Below, one piece after another: positions 56,316 through 64,000 of a stretch of DNA of 64,000 bases. Location: IMG/VR virus record IMGVR_UViG_3300000439_000009, positions 32,001 to 96,000 of that record; one strand, 5' to 3'. Positions within the stretch are counted from its first letter, which is position 1. Every line of letters starts with the position of its first letter. The notes below the pieces were generated by a model. That model did not search any database, was not told the origin of the DNA, and worked only from the letters and a program-made list of their open reading frames with translations. The translations under genes and the position numbers were made by a program. The stretch is from a virus. Its lineage: Duplodnaviria > Caudoviricetes.

Positions 56316-57041
56316 TTAGAGAGATGAGTAAACTCTGTCAATGATAACGCCATATTCTGCGCCATCGTACATATCTTTATCATCTGGTAAGCATCGGAAC
56401 TGAACTGGGAATACAGTTGCACCGTCACGCTTTAATGCGTGAGCAGTGGTCTCAACCTGTACTACACGACGTGCAACATATACACGCTCTTTTCCAAGAG
56501 TTGAAGCATCTACTGGAGAAGCCTCTGTTCCAAGGTTAGCTGGAGCTTGTCCAACTGCGACTATAGAACGCTCTACTGGAGCATCACCAAGAGCACCTGC
56601 TGCAAGATTAAGTGTTGCGTTCTTGTAACCAGCGGTTGCATTTGATGCTGCTGTGAATACTGCATCGGACTGACCTGTTGAACCACTATAGGTAACTACA
56701 GGATCTGACTGACCGAATACTAAGTGTACGTTTTCAAGAGTACCCTCTGTGAGTTCTGTCTTAAGCATGACCTTAACAGTCTGCTTGAAAAGTCTAGCTG
56801 CGTCCAAAAGTTGATCAACAGTAACTTCACCATAACCTGGCTCGTATGAAACCTCAAGACCAGTGTTTGTATATCCAACGTCTCTCCAATTTGAAGAGCC
56901 ATCTAGGTATCCAGCTGCTTTCTGAGCACCCCAAGCTAAGCCTGAGTTGTCAATTGTTGTCTGTGGACGATTTGCGTTAGTGCCTGTAGATACGAATACC
57001 TGTGCTGCACCAACAATTACGTTTTTTACATTTGCTGCCAT
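56316..57041 (-). CDS. Major tail protein
   Basis: NVIVGAA, DVGYT..G.E..Y.P, VDQLLD, FPVQFRCLPD. Confidence 0.85.
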   Translation of the reverse strand: MAANVKNVIVGAAQVFVSTGTNANRPQTTIDNSGLAWGAQKAAGYLDGSSNWRDVGYTNTGLEVSYEPGYGEVTVDQLLDAARLFKQTVKVMLKTELTEGTLENVHLVFGQSDPVVTYSGSTGQSDAVFTAASNATAGYKNATLNLAAGALGDAPVERSIVAVGQAPANLGTEASPVDASTLGKERVYVARRVVQVETTAHALKRDGATVFPVQFRCLPDDKDMYDGAEYGVIIDRVYSSL

Positions 57042-57130
57042 TTTTTTATTTCACCACCTTATTTTTTTTAAAGTTTGGCTTAAATCTTCCTCTTGGTCTA
57101 ATAATAACATATTAGACTTATAATACGAAT

Positions 57131-57637
57131 TTAGAACCTACCTTTTGAGTCTGTTTTTCTTGAATAATTATATGAGAATACTACGCTTCCCACTTGATAT
57201 CCTCCCTCAGTCCCAAATGGTTCTGGGGAGAATACTGAGTCAATCATAATATGATGATATATAAAATCTGTATTTCCGCCTAAGTATTTATTTAGATCTA
57301 CTGCACTTTCATCATACCTTCTAAAAAGGTCTTGGATCAGGTTAGTTATCTGATTAATTACCTCATAATTTTGAGATATTACTGTAAGAGTAAAAGATTC
57401 TTCTGACATCCACCATTGGACTGGGATTTGCTTTAGATCAAAGTCATAAAGCATATAAGTGCGTCCTGGAAGGCTATTATTAAATTCTGGGACCTGTTGA
57501 GCAGGTACTATCGGAACAAGAGGATCTGCCATATTATCAACATAATAATCATTCTCATTAAGAAGATCTGCTTCTTTTATGCTATACCAAATATATTTTC
57601 TTATATCTGCTGAAGCCTGGCTATTGTAATTTGTCAT
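57131..57637 (-). CDS. Tail terminator-like protein
   Basis: Position before MTP; size. Confidence 0.55.
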   Translation of the reverse strand: MTNYNSQASADIRKYIWYSIKEADLLNENDYYVDNMADPLVPIVPAQQVPEFNNSLPGRTYMLYDFDLKQIPVQWWMSEESFTLTVISQNYEVINQITNLIQDLFRRYDESAVDLNKYLGGNTDFIYHHIMIDSVFSPEPFGTEGGYQVGSVVFSYNYSRKTDSKGRF

Positions 57638-58368
57638 ACTACCTCTACCTCTCTTGAATACTGTCTTAATAGATTAACTACGGCGGTAGTAACTTGTGCT
57701 GGCCCCGCCTTTTTTTGATCTAAAACTTTTGCAGTTTCATTATCTATTGCCTGAATAATTCCAGATGAAGAGATAATTGAATTAACTTTTGTAGAATACC
57801 ACAATTTAAAGAAATGCTCAAATGAACCTTTTACTTCTTTACCACCAGGATTATAATTTTTTATTATAGTGCCTGCTGCTACAAATCTTATTGAGCCGTT
57901 ATCTGGAAGTGGTATATTTTTAGAAGTTCTATATATGACTGGAGAACCAGATTCCATAACATTTGCTTTATCTCTAAAAACATATTTTGATGCAACTGAT
58001 TTTCCTGTTTTTCCTGGAATCATTAGTTCAGGAGCAATTGGAACATTTTTTCTTGATTGTATGAATCCAGTTTTAATTCTTAACGATCCACCTCTTGAAG
58101 ATTCTTTATATAAGAAAAAAAGCCTTCCAGATTCTAATCCAGTTTTATTCCATTCATATACGTGATGATATTTTTTTGGAGTTGCTTTTGCTTGCATATT
58201 CATAGCTTTTACAAATGCTTTTGCACTTAATGTAAATATAGCATCGCCTAAAGCAGTTAAAACTCTTGGGGAAGATAAAGCTTTTATTCCGCCTATTTTT
58301 AAATCAAGTTCTGTTTCTATATCAGTTATACTGAAATCACTTGCTTTGAGTGTTATCATTTTGGACAC
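57634..58368 (-). CDS. Neck/tail completion protein
   Basis: Position; HHVYEW motif. Confidence 0.55.
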   Translation of the reverse strand: MSKMITLKASDFSITDIETELDLKIGGIKALSSPRVLTALGDAIFTLSAKAFVKAMNMQAKATPKKYHHVYEWNKTGLESGRLFFLYKESSRGGSLRIKTGFIQSRKNVPIAPELMIPGKTGKSVASKYVFRDKANVMESGSPVIYRTSKNIPLPDNGSIRFVAAGTIIKNYNPGGKEVKGSFEHFFKLWYSTKVNSIISSSGIIQAIDNETAKVLDQKKAGPAQVTTAVVNLLRQYSREVEVV

Positions 58369-58786
58369 GTACCCTTTGCAATGTTATTTCGTAATGTGAA
58401 ACTTTGCCAAATGGATCTAAAACTGCATGTGAACCTACAACATCAAATGTTGTATCTGGATTATCGTATCTATCAATTTCTGTATATACCGATTGACCAT
58501 CATTAGATTTTATACCAGATATTCTTGAACGCTTTGAAATAGGTTTTAAGCACTTCATTTTTAATTCTATACTTTCTATATATTCATTATTTTTACCAAC
58601 ATCAAATTTTTTTCCATCCCCACGCACAGATGCGCCAGAAGATTTAATTGGTGATATCTTGCAACGAATAGTTTCTTCATAAACCCATTCTCTAGTTATA
58701 ACACCGCTAGTTTCAGATTGTTTATTTTGCTGAACTAATATATCAGCTGTCATATTCATTATGCTGCCAACTAATGATACAGACAT
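58337..58786 (-). CDS. Head closure/stopper protein
   Basis: Position; beta-rich. Confidence 0.6.
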   Translation of the reverse strand: MSVSLVGSIMNMTADILVQQNKQSETSGVITREWVYEETIRCKISPIKSSGASVRGDGKKFDVGKNNEYIESIELKMKCLKPISKRSRISGIKSNDGQSVYTEIDRYDNPDTTFDVVGSHAVLDPFGKVSHYEITLQRVRVQNDNTQSK

Positions 58787-59736
58787 TATATAATCACTAT
58801 CCCAGTATTTCTATATTGATCTAGGATCTGGTCCACAATAACATTTCCAGTTCCAGTAAATGCACCAGAATCAAGTTGGAAATTAATGTCGCCTAGTTGA
58901 ACTTTATTAAGGTATTTTTGTCTCCACTCAGAGTCTCTAGAAAGATAATCTCCTGCTAATAAGACTGTACATCTTCTAACATCTTGTGGGACATAAGGCC
59001 AACCTTTTTCGCCATAAACTCTATATCTATATCCAGCCTTAAAACTTCCAGAATATTCTGAAGTTACATTAAATGAGCTATCATAAGCAATTATATTTTG
59101 ATAATCTTTATTAATAATACGAATAGCACGATATGTTGGAGTTAACTCTATATCAAATCCAAATTTATTTACTATTGGATCCGTAGTATAATCTATCGTT
59201 AAAGTGCCATTTTCGTATAGTTGACCTATTTCAAGCATTCTCTCTACAAGCTCTAAAGCATCTGATCCATTACCAAATATTTCTTGATCTCCCCACCCAC
59301 GACCAAATGTTTGGCCTGCGTAAGTTTCTATCTGCATACGTGCAATAAACTCTGCTGCTTGAATCTCTTCTTCTGATTTATAGTTAAGATCAGATGGGCG
59401 GGTGCCAAAACCATAATATTCTATTATATCTGCCAATGAAGCATACGGAGTATACACCTCATAAAAATCTTCTTGATAGGTTGCTTGTCCATGGGTTGTA
59501 TAGCTCCATGTAACCTTTATAACACGATTTAGGGAAGTTACAATACCGTTAAGGTCTATTGTATACTTCCCTATTTCTGGATCGTTATATGCCAACGTAG
59601 ATGGCAATAGTACTCTATCTGGGTAGTCTGCATCAACTATAACAACATGGACATCGCCATCTGCATTACATAGCTCTTTTTTGTAGTATATCTCAAGTTC
59701 TGCTGTTGCTGTGGTACCACGTATTATCTGATGCAT
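58786..59736 (-). CDS. Head-tail adaptor
   Basis: YASL, IETYAGQTF, GWPYVPQDVR, TGNVIVDQIL..YR. Confidence 0.7.
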   Translation of the reverse strand: MHQIIRGTTATAELEIYYKKELCNADGDVHVVIVDADYPDRVLLPSTLAYNDPEIGKYTIDLNGIVTSLNRVIKVTWSYTTHGQATYQEDFYEVYTPYASLADIIEYYGFGTRPSDLNYKSEEEIQAAEFIARMQIETYAGQTFGRGWGDQEIFGNGSDALELVERMLEIGQLYENGTLTIDYTTDPIVNKFGFDIELTPTYRAIRIINKDYQNIIAYDSSFNVTSEYSGSFKAGYRYRVYGEKGWPYVPQDVRRCTVLLAGDYLSRDSEWRQKYLNKVQLGDINFQLDSGAFTGTGNVIVDQILDQYRNTGIVII

Positions 59737-59749
59737 TTAAGCCCCCTAT

Positions 59750-60151
59750 TTAATTATAAAACTCCTGAGCTTCTCTAGGAGTTGCTGGTCTAAAGCCTGG
59801 CTCATGGTCAAAAATCTTTGTAGCGTCGTCTTCTGTCATGGCTACAAATGGATGTTCCTGAGTAAAGGTATATCCGTAAACAGTATAAGATGGATTAGCC
59901 TTATCCATTCTTACTAAAATAGTCTTAGCTTTATCAAGCTTAACTTTCTTTTCTTTTACTGGTTGTTCAATTTCTACTTTTTCTGTACCATTAAACTTTG
60001 CATACATATCGTATGAAATTCCATTATCTTCAAGTTCTAAAAGAATTGATTGCTTTGTAGCTTTTTCTGGCAATTCTACGCCAAAGGTTTCTGCTACCTT
60101 TTTTAATTCTGTAATTTTTAATGTATCAAATGACATATCTTTTCCTCTCAT
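59750..60151 (-). CDS. Protein with N-terminal Rho-N/HeH-like motif
   Basis: LKITELKKVAETFGV...TKQSIL; follows the capsid gene. Confidence 0.6.
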   Translation of the reverse strand: MRGKDMSFDTLKITELKKVAETFGVELPEKATKQSILLELEDNGISYDMYAKFNGTEKVEIEQPVKEKKVKLDKAKTILVRMDKANPSYTVYGYTFTQEHPFVAMTEDDATKIFDHEPGFRPATPREAQEFYN

Positions 60152-60185
60152 GTCGTATCTATTATACCATCTATTATATAAAGTA

Positions 60186-60220
60186 TAAGGGGGAGGATTT
60201 TAAGTCCTCCCCGCTTATTT
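60186..60220 (-). terminator. Terminator after the major capsid gene
   Basis: GGGGAGGA..TCCTCCCC hairpin. Confidence 0.7.
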
Positions 60221-60239
60221 GCACCTTTAATAGGTTAGA

Positions 60240-61394
60240 TTAGAATGTACCACGTGTATGTGTATCTGCATTAGATACTAGTGAACCGTGTGTTACTGAT
60301 CCAAGTGAACCGAACTGGGTTCCTGAGACCTTAACATTCTTGACGATAACATGTGCATCGTAGTTCTCGAAAGCGCAGCCAACACGAATGAATAGTGTAT
60401 ATTCAATTGTGTCTTTCTTTGGCTGGAAGAGACGGTAAACAACAACGTCACGCTTGATACCAACGATAAAGTTCTGTGGGAATGTCAAGTGGACATCACC
60501 AAAGAGACCTGAAGTTGCATCGTAGCCTGAGTCGCCATATGCCTTACCAGTTGAATCACGAGTTTCATCCATAAGAGGAACGTTGATTACTGGGATACCG
60601 AAAGCAAACGGTGTAGTGGTACCAGGACCACCATCGTTAGCAACTACGTCACCACGGATTACGCCAGAAGCGATATCCCATGGATTCACAGAACCAGCGT
60701 TAGCTGTAAGATTATATAGATAATCCTGAACTAAGTTTGATCCTACGAAGAAACGAAGCTGATTGCGACGCTGCTTGTACTTACGTGGCAAGGTCTTAAT
60801 TGCTGTATTAAAAACAGCTTTGTCAAGTCCCTGTGCGTTACCATCAACAACGTGTGCGTTTGCTAGAGCGTTAGCTCTGAATCCGACAAATGCTGACATA
60901 AGTCCGCTGCCTGATCCAGTACCGTTGATAAGAGTATCTTCGATGTCGTTACCTGCCTGTGTTGCCATCAAGCGGGCGATATGATCTTCGAGATCTGGTC
61001 CCTCAAGATTGTCTTCAAGAGCCTCTGCTGAGAGCTCCCAATCAAGACGAAGCTTGCGAGTTGTTAGAGAAATCTTAGAAAATGTTGCACCTGCTGTAGT
61101 GAACTGATCTCCTGCTGCGTTAACGTAGTCACGAGGGTTCTCTTCTGCTGCAACTGTCATCAGTCTCTGTCCTACAGAAACACGATCAATCTCAGTTGTG
61201 TTTGAACGCATGCGAATTGTACGGGCCGCCTTAGCGAGAATCGTAGCATCCCACATGTAATCTAGGAATCTGTTAGCCTGATCTGGGTATAGAAGACCTG
61301 TACCTGAATGGGTACGTCCGTCACCTGATAGATCAGAACCTGAAGTTCCAAGGTTTGTTGTGTCAATTACTTTTTGTAAAAGTTCATTGCTCAT
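60240..61394 (-). CDS. Major capsid protein (HK97 fold)
   Basis: GLLYPDQANRF, KLRLDWELSAEALEDN, GNDIED..INGTG. Confidence 0.92.
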   Translation of the reverse strand: MSNELLQKVIDTTNLGTSGSDLSGDGRTHSGTGLLYPDQANRFLDYMWDATILAKAARTIRMRSNTTEIDRVSVGQRLMTVAAEENPRDYVNAAGDQFTTAGATFSKISLTTRKLRLDWELSAEALEDNLEGPDLEDHIARLMATQAGNDIEDTLINGTGSGSGLMSAFVGFRANALANAHVVDGNAQGLDKAVFNTAIKTLPRKYKQRRNQLRFFVGSNLVQDYLYNLTANAGSVNPWDIASGVIRGDVVANDGGPGTTTPFAFGIPVINVPLMDETRDSTGKAYGDSGYDATSGLFGDVHLTFPQNFIVGIKRDVVVYRLFQPKKDTIEYTLFIRVGCAFENYDAHVIVKNVKVSGTQFGSLGSVTHGSLVSNADTHTRGTF

Positions 61395-61427
61395 TTTTTA
61401 TTTCACCACCTTTGTATTTGTTGATTT

Positions 61428-62954
61428 TTATAGATTTGCGGAACCGAGGAAGGATCCTTGCCAATCGAACTCCATATTTTTCTGGAGTCTAGTACCCCTT
61501 GGCGAGTTTTCTACTTCACCAATGGACTTTTGTACTGCAGTATCACTCTCGTAAGCACCAAAACGCTTTTCTAGCTCTTCAAATCTTTTGAAGAAATCAG
61601 AGATATTGTTAGTTAGATCTGTAAGATCTTTTTTCATGCCTTCTACGGCACTCATGTATTCGGCACGTGCTGCCTCTACTGTATCTACTGACTTTTGGAT
61701 TTTTGCTTCTGTGTCTGCAGAATTCTGTTCTACTGCTTCGCTGAAGAGGTTGCGCATTTCTGTCAACATCTTTGCAAAAGGCTCTGTTGCCTCTGCGCTT
61801 GTGACCGACTTCTCTACGGCTTCTTCTGCTGGAGCTTCTGCTGGTGCATCTGCTGCTACTGGAGTTTCATCTGTAGCTGGTGCATCTGCTGGTGCATCTG
61901 CTGCTGGAGCATCTGCTGGAGTTTCGACATCAGCTGCTGAATTTACAATTGCATCAATTGCTGATTCTGCTGCTTCTACAATCTGTTCGATTGCATCCGC
62001 TACTGCGTCATTATTTGTTTCGTCTGCCATTTTATTACCTCCTTCATTAGCATACTCTGAATCATTTACTGAATCAGACTTCTTTAGTGTTGTTTTTTTC
62101 TTGAGTTTTCTTCTCAGTCTTTGCTTTGCTTTATTTTGATCTGGATAAAGATTAATTGTTTCTTTTGAGTTAACTGTTCCAGCATCTCCATCTTGAGTGG
62201 TAGCTGAATGATCTGGACCTGGAGCATCATCTTTCTTAAAATAAGAATCAACAACTTTGCTAATTGCTAATCCCTTTTCAGTTTCTGAAGATTCTATCCA
62301 ACCAACATTATCCATTCCTGTACCGCAGATAACGCAATCTTTTGAAGATGCAATTGTTGAGGATGCAATCTGATCTTTTTTGCACCAATAAACATTTTCA
62401 ATTTTAGTATCTGCTGCCATACCTTTCATAAATGAAGAACCATCAACATTTTTTTGAATAGAAAAAATGCTTGCAAGTGGATTTGCTGGTGAGTCAACTA
62501 ATGAAAGTTCCATAAGATCATATTCTTTAATAACACGATGATCATTTTTATCTCCTGGCATTACTCCAGCATCTACAATATTCCCGCCAATTGAAAAACC
62601 AGTCATAGTTCCATCAAGAACTTTTTCCCAAGTGTCCTGTGCTCCCTTAGAAACATAAGCCTGCACATAAATACCTTTATAAGTTTTTCCAGATTCTTTA
62701 TCAAGATAATCTTCTGGATGAAATGATAAAACTTTACCTACAGCAATTGGGGCATGCATTTCACGGAGGTTTCCTCTAAAACGTGCAAATGCTTTTTCTG
62801 ATGCTTCTGCTGTTACAATGTCGCCATGACGGTCAATATTATCTAATGTTGCAAACCCAGAGACAGTCCTTTTTTCCTTATCTACCTTGGTGATAGGGAA
62901 GGACATATTGACTGTAGATTGGCTATTATTCCATTGTACTTTTTGAATGTTCAT
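61428..62954 (-). CDS. Prohead protease-scaffold fusion
   Basis: REMH, GFSIGG, ELSLVDSPANP; acidic P/A-rich and coiled-coil C-half. Confidence 0.9.
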   Translation of the reverse strand: MNIQKVQWNNSQSTVNMSFPITKVDKEKRTVSGFATLDNIDRHGDIVTAEASEKAFARFRGNLREMHAPIAVGKVLSFHPEDYLDKESGKTYKGIYVQAYVSKGAQDTWEKVLDGTMTGFSIGGNIVDAGVMPGDKNDHRVIKEYDLMELSLVDSPANPLASIFSIQKNVDGSSFMKGMAADTKIENVYWCKKDQIASSTIASSKDCVICGTGMDNVGWIESSETEKGLAISKVVDSYFKKDDAPGPDHSATTQDGDAGTVNSKETINLYPDQNKAKQRLRRKLKKKTTLKKSDSVNDSEYANEGGNKMADETNNDAVADAIEQIVEAAESAIDAIVNSAADVETPADAPAADAPADAPATDETPVAADAPAEAPAEEAVEKSVTSAEATEPFAKMLTEMRNLFSEAVEQNSADTEAKIQKSVDTVEAARAEYMSAVEGMKKDLTDLTNNISDFFKRFEELEKRFGAYESDTAVQKSIGEVENSPRGTRLQKNMEFDWQGSFLGSANL

Positions 62955-63007
62955 TCTAAGTTAAATAATATCAGTGTGTAGTATAAAGGCAAAATAATTC
63001 TAGTGTA

Positions 63008-64000
63008 TTATTTTACTTTTCTGCCTTCGCCTTTTCTGGCTCTACCGCTGACCGCCTCTTCTGGGGCTGCATTTCTGGTTTTATCTCTTGCTCTTGAATC
63101 CATAGTTTGAGCTTGGATTTCTGCAGCTTTGGCTGCTGGATCAAATACTTCATCGCCAGAATCAATTGGATTCATACCCAATCTCATTCTAACTTCATTT
63201 GGCTTTAATACCTGAGTTGTAAGGTAGATTTGATCAATTTGAGCTTGTGCCAATTCATCAGTAAGAGTAAGTTCTTCAAACTTAAATTTAAACATATCAG
63301 TAAATTCTTTAATAATTTTATTAATTTGAATTTCTAATGCATCCTGTGCTGGTCTTGTGACCTGCTCTTTAAATATCTTATCATCTAATGGGCTTGGTGT
63401 CCCGTTACCGATTTTAGATAATGGGGTTCTATGAGCAATAAGAATACGATCTCTATTTTCTATAGCATAGTTGCTAAAGGATGAATCTTGTATCCCCGCC
63501 TCAATTGGCTCCATATTAAACTCTACACGGGCCGAGTCATTATCTGCTGGAAGAGGAATATAAAGAGTTCTGTGATTTCTGCCTTTAAGACCTATTTGGA
63601 AAAATTCTAAAAGCTTTCTTTCAGAATCAGCATTTAAACGAGCACCCTTGGTTGTAATAATATAACGGGGCACAGCTTTATTCTCAAAATAATCTAAATT
63701 ATAACGGGAAGCAAACTCATCACCAGCAACTGCATTCTTAGCAGACAAAATATCTGGAACGCCATAATAGGTATTTGTTGGTGTGTATTTCTTAAAATGA
63801 ATAACTTCGTTAGGACGTGGATCTGTGCCTATTTGGTCCTGTGTGGTCGTGTCGCCAAAGTTTCTGAAATAGGTATAGCGGTTGTATACTACCTGCACAA
63901 AACCGTCTCTATGCCGTCTTATACGCATTGTAATGGCAGGGATATGGCCTATGTAACCAATCTCTCCAGCAGATGTTCTACCTACTTCAAGATAGCCATT
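63008..64000 (-). CDS. Portal protein (5' end outside the window)
   Basis: Open frame from the window edge (NGYLEV), EVIHFK, YYGVP, YFENKAVP, PNEVR..LG. Confidence 0.9.
   Translation of the reverse strand, partial: NGYLEVGRTSAGEIGYIGHIPAITMRIRRHRDGFVQVVYNRYTYFRNFGDTTTQDQIGTDPRPNEVIHFKKYTPTNTYYGVPDILSAKNAVAGDEFASRYNLDYFENKAVPRYIITTKGARLNADSERKLLEFFQIGLKGRNHRTLYIPLPADNDSARVEFNMEPIEAGIQDSSFSNYAIENRDRILIAHRTPLSKIGNGTPSPLDDKIFKEQVTRPAQDALEIQINKIIKEFTDMFKFKFEELTLTDELAQAQIDQIYLTTQVLKPNEVRMRLGMNPIDSGDEVFDPAAKAAEIQAQTMDSRARDKTRNAAPEEAVSGRARKGEGRKVK

Noticed and set aside
1-64000. Stop-codon reassignment or prophage state
   Set aside because: Long genes are intact in code 11, all three stops are used, no suppressor tRNA, and no integrase or host flanks in the window

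Overview
A 64-kb segment of a large, AT-rich, tailed dsDNA phage. Siphovirus morphology is inferred from a 2315-aa tape measure, a major tail protein and a frameshifted tail chaperone. Essentially all genes are on the minus strand. In transcription order: portal (cut by the window end), prohead protease-scaffold, major capsid, head-tail connectors, tail module, adsorption proteins, metallophosphoesterase and holin-like gene, replication/recombination block (DnaB, DnaG, SSB, DnaE, RecA, resolvases, Cas4-like), terminase, secreted/membrane proteins with a CHAP endolysin, and an accessory region (Hsp20, structured RNA, 2OG-Fe oxygenase, 7 tRNAs, AhpC, Dps, subtilase, WhiB, thioredoxin, HslV-like protease, GroES, dUTPase). 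WhiB, DnaE and the gene order suggest an actinobacterial host, perhaps a low-GC freshwater lineage (inference). Main leads: (1) two accessory modular proteins share the scaffold's C-terminal W-x-G-x-F motif and recurring hydrophobic-x-K sites, suggesting capsid-targeted, protease-processed cargo; (2) the tape measure has inserted ART-like and nuclease-like domains between A-x-GG repeats; (3) a 118-nt structured RNA with its own promoter. All functional calls come from motifs read by eye; no searches were run.
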